DNA of 64,000 nucleotides from Candidatus Latescibacterota bacterium. GTDB lineage: Bacteria; Latescibacterota; UBA2968; UBA8231. Location: the NCBI GenBank assembly GCA_965197905.1, contig CBDAOB010000001.1, positions 96,001 to 160,000 on the forward strand. The letters are read 5' to 3'. The position numbers and the translations under genes are program-made. Position 1 is the first letter of the stretch, and each line of letters begins with the position of its first letter. Below, piece after piece: positions 1 through 11,125 of the stretch. The notes beneath the pieces were generated by a model that ran no database searches, was not told where the DNA came from, and saw nothing but the letters and a program-made list of their open reading frames with translations.

Positions 1-150
1 CCTCGTTGAAGCCGATCCACCTCCCCGATTTTTCCCTTGGTCGCCACACACCAGGGGCAGTATCTTCGTATTCTATTACTTTGTCGTCACCCTGTTGGAG
101 CCGGTGCGATTCCGCGACAGGGCTACAACCACCCTCACCTGACTAATCAG

Positions 151-2287
151 ATGCGAACGAATACGAGATTGGCGTGGAGCACCGCCGGGATAAGCCTTCT
201 CGTACTGCTGCCCTTTCTCGCTAGGTGGGTCATGCAGGAGACCGCCAGGTACCGAATCCGCGGCGACGAATCAAGGGTTTCCGAGCTTTTGGCCAACAAA
301 AAGTTCAAGCAGGCTCGACGGCTGGCGACGAAGCTCGCCGCTCGCGAGGATCTCGAGCAGCAACCGCGCAACAAGCTCATTCTGCAGAAGGCTATCAGCG
401 AGCTCTCCATGGGAAAACCGGAACAGGCGTACGCCGATCTGCACGAGATCGAAGGCACCCTGGAGCTGCTGGCGGATCATCTCAGTTTCTGGATGGCCCA
501 GGCGCTGGAGAACATGGGTGAGCGCCAGGGAGCTATCTCCGCGTACGAGGACTTCCTCATGCGTTCCGAACACCGGGCGCTGCGGGACTCGGTCAGTCTC
601 CGTCTGGCGACCCTCTACGCGAAACACAATAACTTCGAGCGACCCCTGGAACTCTACGAAGAGACGGTTCGCCGGTCCCCCCATTTGAGACCCGAGGCGC
701 TCTTTCTCATGGGTCAGACCCTGGAAGCAGACGAGAGCCGGGAAGCGGCACGGAAGAAATGGAGACAGCTGATCGCCAGCTATCCCGCCCATCCCCGCGC
801 CTTGCAGGCGGTTTGGAAGCTACCGGCCAAATCCGGTCCGCTGGGAGCGTATCGGCGGGCGATCGTCTACTACCGACATGGTCAACACCGCCGTGCAGCC
901 CGCGCTTTCCGGCAGTTTCTTGCCAAGTACCCGAAGCACAATCTGGCCAGCGATGCGGAGTACCAGCTCGGCCGTTCTTACCTTGGTTCGGGCCAATATG
1001 CCAAGGCGGAACAAACCTTTTCGAAAGCACACCGGAAACACCGGATACCGGCCGCCCTCTATCGCATGGCGGGCATTCAGGTCAGAAAGAACCGCGACCT
1101 GGAAGCAACCGGCACCTACGAGCAATTCGCCGACAAGTATCCGCGTCACGAGCTCGCTCCCAGGGCGCTGTGGCAGGCGGCCAAAGCCGCCGAGCGCCAC
1201 AACCGGTTTGCCAGCGCCGAGCAGTACTACACAGCGCTCGCGGAGCGATACCCCGAAAGCGATTATCGCGAGCCGGCCGCCTGGAGCGTCGGTTTCATGC
1301 GCTATTGCCAGGACGAATACCGGGAAGCGATGCAGTTGTTCGGGGAGCTCGCCCTCTCGATGCGCGAGCCCCATCTGGTCGACCAGAGCTTTTACTGGGC
1401 TGGGAAGTCGGCGGAGCGCCTGAAGCTGAAACAGCGCGCCCAGAGCTATTTCACCAAGGCCGCCAGAGGTTTCCCTCGCTCATACTACTCGGCCCGTGCG
1501 TTGAGCCTGGGCTACTCGAATCCGACCCAGGTGAAACCGCGTCCGGGGCTGCGTGCACCTCCCGAAGATATGGCCGGGATCGACCAAATCGAATTCCTGC
1601 AACGAGCCGATATCCTGCACGAGCTCGGACTCGATCATCTGGCTGCGGTGGAACTGCGGGAGGTGGAGCGGATCAACACCAAGAATACCGCCGCCCTGAA
1701 GGTGATCAGGGACCGCTACGAGAGCTTCGGGCTATTGGACCGCGCACTGGTGATGGCGACGCGAATTGCCAACGCGGATTCCAGCGAGGCGACCCTGGCC
1801 CACCTCTATCCGGACTATTATTGGAGCGAAGTCGTCAAGGCGAGCCGGGAGGCCGATCTCGATCCCTACCTGATCCTGGCCGTCATCCGGCAGGAAAGTT
1901 TCTTCAACGAGGACGCCGTATCCCGAGTCGGGGCGCGGGGATTGATGCAGATAATGCCCCGCACCGGCCGCCGTCTCGCCCGCAGCATGGGGGTTGCGGC
2001 GGTTCGAGAGTCGGACCCTGTTCGACCCCTCGGTTTCCATTCGCATGGGCAGCCGCTTTCTCGGCGATCAGGTCCGGGCATTCGACGGTCAAACCAGCGG
2101 GATGGGGTTCCAGCTGGGCTTGGCGGCCTACAACGCGGGACCCCACATCGCCCGCAAGTGGATCGACCGCTTTCCTCTGGAGGATCCGGACGCCTTCGTG
2201 GAGCGGATTCCGTACCGCGAGACCCGACTCTACGTCAAGAAGATCTTGAAGAACTACACGATCTACAAAGCGTTGGCGGATGTCTGA
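151..2287 (+). CDS. TPR-repeat soluble lytic transglycosylase (Slt-like), frameshifted near 1990
   Basis: N-terminal hydrophobic anchor, many TPR/YfiO-like repeats, SLT motifs [15 protein letters not shown]. The C-terminal half ([20 protein letters not shown]) is in the 1994..2287 frame; the shift is at a G5 run (atgggggttg). Confidence 0.85.
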
Positions 2288-2494
2288 GCTGCCAACCGAC
2301 GACCGGGGATCCGAAACTGGGGAGAGGACATCTTCATCATCCTCTGCATCGGGAGCTTGTGGCCCACCATCGTCGGCTGGACCAATCCGATCTACGAGTT
2401 CCTCCTCTACGGCGCGCTGATCGGCCTGGCCGTGATCTTCGTTCGTCGCGTCCGGCGCCTGCGCCAGGCCCGGGATGAGCTGCACAACGATTGA
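2280..2494 (+). CDS. small two-TM membrane protein, apparently frameshifted (not in ORF track)
   Basis: ATG 2280 overlaps the slt stop. After a shift near ccgggga (~2305) it reads [59 protein letters not shown], two hydrophobic segments plus a basic tail. Confidence 0.5.
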
Positions 2495-2600
2495 TCGACC
2501 ACCGAGGCGCACAGCTCGTAAGGCGTCTGAACGAGCCCCTGTACTTCAGGAGTACGGCGAGAGAAGGCAACGCAGCGAGCCGGGATGGATCGGTGGTCGA

Positions 2601-3227
2601 CTAGTGGGACCAGAATTTTATCAGGTAAAACCCTCCCACCAGCAGAATCACAAAGAGAATACTCAGCAGATTGAACCGCCGGTCGATGAAGTCCCTGATC
2701 GGCTCGCCGTAGCGCCACAGCAGATAGGCGACCAGAAAGAACCGCGCCGCCCGACTCAGGGCAGAGGCGACGACGAATATGGCAAACGAGATGTCGAACG
2801 CGCCTGCCGAGATAGTGATGATCTTGTATGGAATCGGGGTGAATCCGGCGGTGAACACGACCCAGAAATCCCACTTGTCGTAGAGACCCTGCACCCGATC
2901 GAACTGTTCCACCGAAAATCCGGGCACGTTGTCGAAGAAGAACTGTGCGATGGAGCTGAATTCGCCGGGGCCTGCCCACCACAGGTAGGAGCCGACGAGA
3001 TATCCGGCGATACCTCCCAACACCGACGCTATGGAGATGAGCAGGGCGAAGTAGAAAGCGCGCAATCGAGCTCCCAGGACCATGGCGATGAGGAAAGCGT
3101 CGGGCGGAATGGGAAAGAAAGAAGATTCGGCGAACGACCAGATGAAGAGCACGATGCCGCCGTACGGGGTTGCCGCCCAATGCAGCAGCCATTCGTATAG
3201 CCGACGGATCCAGCTTTTCTGCGGCAT
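2601..3227 (-). CDS. YqaA/DedA (VTT domain) membrane protein
   Basis: SFAESSFFPIPPD and GFTPIPYKIITISAG motifs; start at MPQKSW. Confidence 0.9.
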   Translation of the reverse strand: MPQKSWIRRLYEWLLHWAATPYGGIVLFIWSFAESSFFPIPPDAFLIAMVLGARLRAFYFALLISIASVLGGIAGYLVGSYLWWAGPGEFSSIAQFFFDNVPGFSVEQFDRVQGLYDKWDFWVVFTAGFTPIPYKIITISAGAFDISFAIFVVASALSRAARFFLVAYLLWRYGEPIRDFIDRRFNLLSILFVILLVGGFYLIKFWSH

Positions 3228-3326
3228 GTAGTTATTCCTTGACCCAACAGCCCGTGGCAAAAAGCCATTCGGGCTGCGGCCGGGCTTTGTGGCCGTGTTT
3301 TGCGGCCTCGCTGTTCAAAGCGCCTT

Positions 3327-4460
3327 TCACCACGGGCTGCGAGCTAGCAGATCGAGAAGCCGGCGATGGGCGCGATCGAACGGCAGTTCGTTAAGCTGTG
3401 TCGATCCCGCCCAACACCAGTCGGTGCCTTCCCTGTTGCCAGGATGACCGTCGGCAAGGGTCGCCGCGACCGCACTCAGAGTGATGGTGAAATGTGAATA
3501 CCCGTGAGAAATCTCCGCCAGCTGTAGCCCGGCTTCCACCGAGATTCCGAGCTGCTCCCGCAAGGTTCTGCGCAACGCGGCAGCGGGACGCTCGCCGCGT
3601 TTGAACCGTCCGCCCGGAAGTTCCCACAGGCCACCTAACATCGCATTGGAGGGACGCTTCGTCACCAACAGTGCGGTATCCTGGCGAATAACCCCGGCAA
3701 CCTCGTGGTGGTGCGGCCTGGATTTCTTCGGCGCTTTGAGCGGCAGTCGTGCGGGATCGTCCAACTCCTGGCGCGCGCGGCACCAACCCCGGAGCGGGCA
3801 GCGCTCGCACGCCGGATTTAGCGGCGTGCAGACGCCGGCACCCAGCTCCATCAGTGCCTGGTTGAAGTCTCCGGGTTGCTCGGGGGAGATCAGCGTTTCG
3901 CCGGCGGCGATGAGCCTGGCCCGGATCGATGTCTTGCGCGGATTATCTTCGATGCGGAGCACGCGACAAAGGACCCGTGTGACGTTGCCATCCAGCACGG
4001 GATGGGGCCGATCGAACGCAATGCTGCTGACAGCGGCTGCGGTGTACGGCCCAATGCCCGGAAGATCCAGCAGCTCCTCGTAGGTGTCCGGGAGCACCCC
4101 TTCGCGCTCCTTGGCGACCTGTTGAGCGGCGCGACACATGTTCCTCGCCCGCGCGTAATACCCCAAACCCTCCCAGGCCTTGAGAACCTGTTCCTCCGAT
4201 GCCCTGGCGAGGTCGCCCAGGGTAGGGAAACGATCCAGAAATCTTCGGAAGTAGGCGTCCATTTGATCTACCCGGGTCTGCTGCAGCATGATCTCGGACA
4301 CCCAGATGGCGTACGGTTCCTTGTTTTTGCGCCAGGCGAGCGGCCGTTTGTTTTTTCGGTACCACAACAACAAGACACGGCGCAGATCCGCAACCATCTC
4401 TGGATCGTCGAGGAGATTCACGGCGCAACTCTCCGAAATCTCTTCACGGCTTCGGGCCAC
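3327..4460 (-). CDS. mutY: A/G-specific adenine glycosylase
   Basis: WVSEIMLQQT, WEGLGYYARARN, HhH LPGIGPYTA, VLDGNV, FeS loop CTPLNPACERCPLRGWC, C-terminal NUDIX-like GGLWELPGG. Confidence 0.95.
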   Translation of the reverse strand: MARSREEISESCAVNLLDDPEMVADLRRVLLLWYRKNKRPLAWRKNKEPYAIWVSEIMLQQTRVDQMDAYFRRFLDRFPTLGDLARASEEQVLKAWEGLGYYARARNMCRAAQQVAKEREGVLPDTYEELLDLPGIGPYTAAAVSSIAFDRPHPVLDGNVTRVLCRVLRIEDNPRKTSIRARLIAAGETLISPEQPGDFNQALMELGAGVCTPLNPACERCPLRGWCRARQELDDPARLPLKAPKKSRPHHHEVAGVIRQDTALLVTKRPSNAMLGGLWELPGGRFKRGERPAAALRRTLREQLGISVEAGLQLAEISHGYSHFTITLSAVAATLADGHPGNREGTDWCWAGSTQLNELPFDRAHRRLLDLLARSPW

Positions 4461-5479
4461 CCTTCCACGCCCAGCGCTGGCAGCTGAATACCGTTTCTAC
4501 GTATCGAATCAGCGGCCAACAACCCGTTCACGACTGCCTCTTCGCAGCAGTCGGCGGCAGCCACCGATAATTCCCGCAGCAGATCGTCCCCGGCACTCTG
4601 GAATCGCTGATGGTCGCCCGCGGTTCCCGCTCGTTCTGCGGGAATTGTTGAAAACGCCAGCGTGATGCCTTCGTCGGTGCGGGCTTCGGCGAGTCCTACC
4701 CGGTAGAGCCCCGAAGTCGCACGAAATGCCAGCTGCTGGCACTGCACCGGAATCAGCGGGGCATCGGTGGTGACCACTGCCGCGAATGTCCGTGGACGGC
4801 CGGGAAGCGGATCGACACGTTCCGACGCCGTTATCGGATAGCGATCGACACAGAGGTCCCCAAGCTCACCCCCATTGACGGCGACAAGAGCTCCGACGCG
4901 GAACGACACATCCGTACGCTGCACGAGCCGCGAGGCAGTTCCTACACCCCCTTTCATCCCAAAGGCGCACAAACCGCGACCGACACCGGCGTTTCCCTGG
5001 GCAACCTCGCCGGCTTCGAGATGCCGGAGGGCGTTTTGCAGGTGTTCTTCTCGAAACGAACCGTAGGAGGTCGCCGGAGGGTTGAGGATCGAATCGTTGA
5101 GTCCGACAACGATGGGAGGCCAGCCGGCGTAGGTGGACAACCCCGGGTCGCGACTGAGGCCGTGCTGGATCAAGCTGTCGTAGACGCGCCCGACCGTGGC
5201 GTCGGGGACGAGGGCGATGGGCGAAGAGAAGGTGCCGAAGTCCTCCGCAACACCCAGTCCGGTCAGGGAATCGCTGGCAGCGAGGGACCATTTGCCGATG
5301 GGGAGCATCCTTGCGCCGACCGTGGCCGGATACGGCCCGACAACGGTTAATCCACTCATGAGATCGTTGTCGGAGATATCCTCATGACCAACGGAGAGTC
5401 CGGACACGTCGGTGATGGCGTTTAGCGAGCCCGCCGCCAGCTTTCCGATAGACAAACCCAGATCCTGCAAGCGATTCAT
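4418..5479 (-). CDS. P1/S58 (DmpA-like) peptidase paralogue, degenerate
   Basis: NAITDVSGLSVGH, GMKGGVGTASR, TDAPL, LAFST motifs; lacks the GSGD autocleavage motif. Confidence 0.75.
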   Translation of the reverse strand: MNRLQDLGLSIGKLAAGSLNAITDVSGLSVGHEDISDNDLMSGLTVVGPYPATVGARMLPIGKWSLAASDSLTGLGVAEDFGTFSSPIALVPDATVGRVYDSLIQHGLSRDPGLSTYAGWPPIVVGLNDSILNPPATSYGSFREEHLQNALRHLEAGEVAQGNAGVGRGLCAFGMKGGVGTASRLVQRTDVSFRVGALVAVNGGELGDLCVDRYPITASERVDPLPGRPRTFAAVVTTDAPLIPVQCQQLAFRATSGLYRVGLAEARTDEGITLAFSTIPAERAGTAGDHQRFQSAGDDLLRELSVAAADCCEEAVVNGLLAADSIRRNGIQLPALGVEGWPEAVKRFRRVAP

Positions 5480-5543
5480 GAACGGGCGGGGGGCGGGCGC
5501 TTTGTGCCGGGATACGACCCCGCGAGATCGACCTGTGTGCGGT

Positions 5544-6737
5544 TCATTTGATCCGGCCGTGGGCGCGCATGACTTCCACCAGGCGATCCAGCGGCAACGC
5601 GTGAATCGTGTTGCCGTCCCTGCCAACCATAGTGGAAGCGGAGGTGAGGGAATTGAGAATCGCTTCCTCGGTTGCCTCGACAACCGCCTGGAAGACCGGA
5701 TTTATGGCGCTGTTGGCAACGGTCGTGTGGGCTCTCAGCTCGGTGTCAGTCACTCTGTTGGCTGTGGAGAAGGCAAGCACCAGGTCGCCGCTGCCGTGAG
5801 TGGAGATTCCTCCGGTGCGAGCCATACCGATTCCGGCCCGTTTGCACAAACGCCTCAACTGGATCGGCAGCAGGGGAGCATTTGTGGCGATGGCTACCAA
5901 CAGGGATTTGTTCTTGGCGGCTTCGCCCTCTTCCGGCAGCAGATCGGGAATCTCGTGACCGACCGGTACGCCGTCGACGAGCAGCTGTTCGCGCCGCCCG
6001 AAGTTTGCCTGGACCAAAACCCCAACGGTGTATCCGGGCCGCAGTTCCGGAAGATGTCGGGACGCCGTTCCGATGCCAGCTTTGAAACCGAACGCGCGCA
6101 TGCCGGTACCGCCCCCAACAGATCCTTCCGCAAGGGCGTCGGAACGAGCAGAGCTCAGGGCCTCGCGCACGTGGCGGGCTTGGAGATGGCGTCCGGCGGT
6201 ATCGTTGAGAAAGTCCGCCCACGTCTCCCCCACCACCGGGACAGGTCGGGGGGAACGGTTTAAGAGTGCCGGATTCGCCTCGAGCATCAAACCCACGGCG
6301 GCGTCATAGACCGCGCCCAGGCTCGACGTATTGGTAAACAGGATGGGGGCGCCGAGGCGGCCGGTCTGGCGTATGTAACCGAGTCCCGTCATCTCGCCGT
6401 TGCCGTTGAGGGTGAAATCGGCGGCGTAGAGCTGCTCGCGCGTGAGGTCGCCGTCGTGGGGCAGAATCGCGGTCACGCCGGTTCGCACCGGACCCATTCC
6501 CACCTGCAGGGGACCGTGGCCTTCGATCAAGGTCACGTGACCAACGCACACCCCCGGGACATCGGCGATGGTGTTGGAGGGTCCCGGCGTCAGCTGTCCA
6601 ACGATTATGCCAAGATCGCGTAGCCGCGCCCGCTGGCGCGGAATCCCGAAAACCGTGGAGTCTGCCAAGGGCAACAGCGCAGCGGTTGCGGTCAATTGCA
6701 GGAAGCGCCGACGCCCCATTGGAATAAGGGAATTCAT
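5544..6737 (-). CDS. P1/S58 (DmpA-like) aminopeptidase with Tat-like signal peptide
   Basis: GRRRFLQ twin-arginine leader; NTIADVPGVCVGH, RTGVTAILP, NGNGEMTG, EGSVGGGTGM, QANFG, THGSGDLVLAFST. Confidence 0.9.
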   Translation of the reverse strand: MNSLIPMGRRRFLQLTATAALLPLADSTVFGIPRQRARLRDLGIIVGQLTPGPSNTIADVPGVCVGHVTLIEGHGPLQVGMGPVRTGVTAILPHDGDLTREQLYAADFTLNGNGEMTGLGYIRQTGRLGAPILFTNTSSLGAVYDAAVGLMLEANPALLNRSPRPVPVVGETWADFLNDTAGRHLQARHVREALSSARSDALAEGSVGGGTGMRAFGFKAGIGTASRHLPELRPGYTVGVLVQANFGRREQLLVDGVPVGHEIPDLLPEEGEAAKNKSLLVAIATNAPLLPIQLRRLCKRAGIGMARTGGISTHGSGDLVLAFSTANRVTDTELRAHTTVANSAINPVFQAVVEATEEAILNSLTSASTMVGRDGNTIHALPLDRLVEVMRAHGRIK

Positions 6738-6783
6738 CGATCGTTCAGAGAATGTTTCCAATGGAATCCGGCTTGGGGGACAA

Positions 6784-7863
6784 CTACGAAAGGTCCTGGA
6801 TAATCTCGTCCGCCAACTGCCCCGTGCTCATTGCGCCCCCAATATCGGGAGTGCCCACACCAGGCCTTCCCAGGCTCTCGCGCACCGCCCTCTCGATCCG
6901 GTCGCCGTCGGCTATGGCTTTCTCGTCGGCATGTTTCGTCCCCAGCCACTTGAGCATCATCGCCGCGGAGAGAATGGTGGCCACCGGATTTGCAATCCCC
7001 TTGCCGGCGATGTCGGGGCCGGTACCGTGGGAGGGTTGAAAAACCGCTGCCTTCTCCCCGATGTCGCCGGATGGAGCCATGCCCATGCCTCCTACCAACC
7101 CTGCCGCCAGGTCCGAGACAATATCGCCGTACATGTTTTCCATAACCATAACATCGTAGGTTTCGGGACGCTGCACGAGGTAGAGCACCAGCGCGTCGAT
7201 GTAGACCCGTTCCTGCTCGACCTCGGGATATTTGCTGCTCACTTCGTCGTAGATGCTTCTGAAGAACGCCATCGACCGCAAGATGTTCGCTTTGTCGACG
7301 CAAGTGACCTTCATCGGGCGCGACCGGCGCTCCCGCGCCAGCTCGAATGCAAACCTCACGAGCCGCTCGGTGCCGGTTCTGGTGATCACCATGGAATCCA
7401 CCGCCACCTCGCCACGTATGTCGATACCCGCGTTCATCGAAGCGAAGAGACCTTCCACATCCTCACGCAACACGACCAGATCGATATCACCGGCAGCCAA
7501 CCCCTTCAACGGGGTGTGTTCGGTGGCGTAGAGATATATCGGTCTGACCCCGGCGTAGAGGTCCAGCTTGATGCGCAGATCGACCTGAGGCCTCATCTCG
7601 GTTCCATCCGGCCAGCGTACCTCGGGCAACCCCATGGCACCGACGAGCACCGCATCCGCCTCCCGGCAGGCCTGGAGCGTTGAAGCAGGCAGCGGGTCGC
7701 CCTGCTCCAGATAACAGCGGGCGCCGCACGGGTACTCGGTGAATTGCATCTTGGAGCCGTCGGAGAGCATCAATTGATTCAGCACTCTCAACGTGTGGTC
7801 CACCACCTCGATGCCGACACCGTCACCTTTCAGAACGGCGATCTCATATGTCTTTGCGACCAT
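6784..7863 (-). CDS. isocitrate/isopropylmalate/tartrate dehydrogenase family protein (LeuB-like)
   Basis: [49 protein letters not shown]. Confidence 0.9.
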   Translation of the reverse strand: MVAKTYEIAVLKGDGVGIEVVDHTLRVLNQLMLSDGSKMQFTEYPCGARCYLEQGDPLPASTLQACREADAVLVGAMGLPEVRWPDGTEMRPQVDLRIKLDLYAGVRPIYLYATEHTPLKGLAAGDIDLVVLREDVEGLFASMNAGIDIRGEVAVDSMVITRTGTERLVRFAFELARERRSRPMKVTCVDKANILRSMAFFRSIYDEVSSKYPEVEQERVYIDALVLYLVQRPETYDVMVMENMYGDIVSDLAAGLVGGMGMAPSGDIGEKAAVFQPSHGTGPDIAGKGIANPVATILSAAMMLKWLGTKHADEKAIADGDRIERAVRESLGRPGVGTPDIGGAMSTGQLADEIIQDLS

Positions 7864-8138
7864 AATAGCCTGGAATTCAGCGACCTTTTCCGAAAACAGA
7901 GCCCAACGGTACTCAAACGCCTGCTGGGGGTCAATAGGTTCCGCCGCGCGAGTCGCAGCCAGACTCCGTACTGCCAAAAAGGACAAAACTTAGACCGAAC
8001 AGACAACGCTACGCATATTCATGGGCCGGCCGGCGCGCATAATTCTTTACTTTGCAGCATTGATTTTACATTGCATAGCTGATGTATGCGACCGCGTGGT
8101 CGTTTGTAACACACCACAGGATCAACGACATAGATAGC

Positions 8139-9265
8139 ATGCAGCCAAGATTCGACTTTCAAGCCGCCGCCGACACGATCCTAAATTCCGGAGACGTTCT
8201 CGTCACCGATGCGGAGGCCCTGGGACAGATCGATCCGGCCCCGGAGCGGGATATCTTGATAGACGGGGATCTGCAGCAAGGCACCGCGTTCCAAAGCCAA
8301 CAATCACTTGTCGTCAATGGATCGATACGCGGCCTCGAAAACAACACATGCCGCATCGAGGCGCGTCAAGACCTGCTGATCGCTGGTGATGCTTGTCACG
8401 CGCATCTTGAGGGTCGAAACATTCATATTGGGGGCGGTAGCAAAGCGAGCGAGCTGCGCGCTCAAGAGCAGATCAGCCTTGGGGCGGATATGGTGGCCAC
8501 GAAGCTCAAGGTTGGCAACGGAGGATCCTGCAACGGCGCTGCGAAGATTTGCGCCGGCGGTTGGTTCGCCACGAGTCGAGCAAACAGCGGTGCGATCGTC
8601 AGCGGACGCAGGATGAGAAGATTCTCGATCGCACATGCCAGCTGACGAGCTTGCCGCTGGATTTGAACCTGGGAAAGCTCATTCGCCACGGAGACGGCCG
8701 CGTGCAAATCGATCTCGAATCGGTGTACCGATCTCTGGAGGACGCTTCCGAGAAGCATCTGCGGGCCGCGTTGAACGAGTTTTTCGCCAAGGGCATTATG
8801 GGCGCATTGGCTCGCACGAATCGGAAGTACATCGTCAACAATCCAACGCGGGCGCGGGTTTTCACGCAGTTTATTGGCAAATTGCGCGACTTGTACGATC
8901 TGGTGGCGAAATGCGATCACTTGGGTCGATCTCTGGAGCGGGATCGATCCGAGCTGGAGTCGCTCATTGCCCATCTACCGGAAGAACTCGGTTCGGTCCT
9001 GGTAGGAGGCTCAATCGTCGCACCTGTAACGATGGATTTCGAGCTGGCTGACATCCGCTCGCGCGATTCGAAGATCGAGGCGAGAACCGCGCGCCTGCAG
9101 ATCGAGACCCTCGAAAACGAGAACGATATCCTGCTCGACATCAGTGATATCTCCGGCGAGCACCACCGGGAGGTCTCGACAGCAGACGACCTGACGGCGG
9201 TAGAGATTCGCTCTGAGGGCGGTCGGCCTACCCTGTTGTCGCAGGTTGCGGAACTGATCTCCTGA
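8139..9265 (+). CDS. FapA/DUF342-like beta-helix plus coiled-coil protein, frameshifted near 8520
   Basis: Repeated [IV]xG[DS][LI] beta-helix motifs in the 8082..8645 frame; continues as a coiled coil in the 8549..9265 frame. Confidence 0.45.
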
Positions 9266-9377
9266 ACAGCCACTCACGTTTCTCGCCAGATCCGCTGCAG
9301 AAGTCTCAGCCCGATTCTCCAACGCTCCTGCGGCACCGCGACCCGAGTCCCCTGCCCTCGAACCCATTTGATCGTAG

Positions 9378-10487
9378 ATGACGACATCGATTGATATCAT
9401 GGACTCGCAGGTGACGGAAGACATGCTCACCTTCCGCAACTTGATCCTCTCCACGCAGCTCGAAGCATCCATGGACGGAATCCTGGTGGTGAACCGGAAG
9501 CGCGAGTGGATTTCCTACAATCAGCGCTTTCTGGAGATGTGGCAGATTCCGTCTGAAGTGGCCGCTAGCAAAGACAGCAGACTTGCCCTTGAAGGTGTGC
9601 GAAACCTGGTGACGGAACCGGAGTACTTCCTCGAACGCATAGAGGAGCTTTACGCAAACGAAGCGACGCGCAGCCAGGAAGAGATAGAGCTACGCGACGG
9701 CCGCGTCCTCGATCGATATTCTGCTCCTATGGTTGCGGGCAACCGGTACTTTGGGCGCGTCTGGTTTTATCGCGATCTAACCGACCAGAAGTTGGCTGAA
9801 AGATCACTCCGGCAGAGCGAGGAAAAGCTGAGGTTTCTGACGCGCCGATTGGTGAAGATCCAGGAACAAGAGCGGCGCAACTTAGCTCGGGAGCTCCACG
9901 ATGAGGTGGGTCAGTTCCTGACCGGCATCAAACTGATCCTGGGCACCGTGAAGCGAACCCCGGCAAGAGACATCAAAGAGTCCTTGAGCCAGGTTGAGGA
10001 CGAAATCAACGAATTGATGGACAAAATCCGGGAACTGTCTCTCGACCTGCGGCCTGCCATGCTCGACGACCTGGGGCTCCTGCCCACCCTTCGCTGGCAC
10101 TTCAAGCGCTTTTCGAAGCAGACCGGCATCGAGTTAGAATTTCTGCACTCCGGAATCGCCGACCGACATGACCCCGAGATCGAGCTCGGCGCCTATCGCG
10201 TTGTTCAGGAAGGGTTGACCAACATCGCGCGTCACGCCGAGTCGACGATCGCCGCGGTGCACATCCACGTCATGGATCGGAGACTGGAGATCCGCATCGA
10301 GGATGAGGGGGTCGGCTTCGACAAGGAGGATAGATTGGCGCGTCCCGACACCAGCGGCATATTGGGCATGAGTGAGCGCGTATCGCTCCTTGGAGGTGAG
10401 CTCTCATTGAGCTCCGCGCCGGGGGAAGGCACACAATTAACGGTTGTTATTCCCCTCTCGGACGGTCGACCGGATGAACGCGACTGA
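9378..10487 (+). CDS. PAS-domain sensor histidine kinase (HisKA_3, NarX/UhpB type)
   Basis: PAS region; QEQERRNLARELHDEVGQ; VVQEGLTNIARHA; DEGVGF; GILGMSER. Confidence 0.92.
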   Translation: MTTSIDIMDSQVTEDMLTFRNLILSTQLEASMDGILVVNRKREWISYNQRFLEMWQIPSEVAASKDSRLALEGVRNLVTEPEYFLERIEELYANEATRSQEEIELRDGRVLDRYSAPMVAGNRYFGRVWFYRDLTDQKLAERSLRQSEEKLRFLTRRLVKIQEQERRNLARELHDEVGQFLTGIKLILGTVKRTPARDIKESLSQVEDEINELMDKIRELSLDLRPAMLDDLGLLPTLRWHFKRFSKQTGIELEFLHSGIADRHDPEIELGAYRVVQEGLTNIARHAESTIAAVHIHVMDRRLEIRIEDEGVGFDKEDRLARPDTSGILGMSERVSLLGGELSLSSAPGEGTQLTVVIPLSDGRPDERD

Positions 10488-11121
10488 AATACTGATAGCC
10501 GACGATCACGAAATCGTTCGCCGTGGCATCCGCACTCTGCTGGAATCGGAGCCCGACCTCAAGGTTGTTGGGGAAGCCGGCGATGGCTTGGAGACGGTCG
10601 AAGCGGTGCGGAGATTACAGCCCGACATCCTGGTGCTCGATCTCATGTTGCCGGGAAAGACAGGCCTGGAGGTACTTCAGCAGCTGGCGGAATGGAACGT
10701 GGCCACTGGGGTTATCGTTTTTACCATGTACAGCAACGAAGCTTACGCCGTCGAGGCTCTCAAATATGGAGCCCGGGCGTACGTAATAAAAAATTCCGAC
10801 ACCGACGAGCTGATTACCGCCATTCGCGATGTTCTCGACGGGCGCCGGTATTTGAGCCCGCCGTTGTCGGAAGCCGATGTCGAAGCGTTCATGGAAGAGA
10901 CGGAAGGTCAAGGCGACCGGTTTCAGATGCTCACGCCTAGAGAAAAACAGGTTCTACGATTGGTCGCGGAAGGATCCACCAATGCAGATACCGCGCGGCA
11001 GCTCAATCTGAGCGTGCGCACGATAGAGGTTCACCGCAGTCGCTTGATGCGCAAGCTGAACCTCAAGAATCAAGCCGAGCTGATGCGGTTCGCAGTACAG
11101 CGAGGCATCGTAACTCTTTGA
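10474..11121 (+). CDS. NarL/LuxR family response regulator
   Basis: ADDHEIVRRG, LDLMLPG, LTPREKQVL...LSVRTIEVHR; overlaps the kinase stop. Confidence 0.93.
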   Translation: MNATEILIADDHEIVRRGIRTLLESEPDLKVVGEAGDGLETVEAVRRLQPDILVLDLMLPGKTGLEVLQQLAEWNVATGVIVFTMYSNEAYAVEALKYGARAYVIKNSDTDELITAIRDVLDGRRYLSPPLSEADVEAFMEETEGQGDRFQMLTPREKQVLRLVAEGSTNADTARQLNLSVRTIEVHRSRLMRKLNLKNQAELMRFAVQRGIVTL

Positions 11122-11125
11122 GCCA

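Noticed and set aside
1994..2478. C-terminus of the 813-aa ORF as real protein
   Set aside because: It is out-of-frame read-through; the SLT motifs continue in the 1994..2287 frame.
759..7683. Long overlapping ORFs such as 759..2249, 5412..6263 and 6568..7683
   Set aside because: Shadow frames of GC-rich genes with no recognisable motifs.
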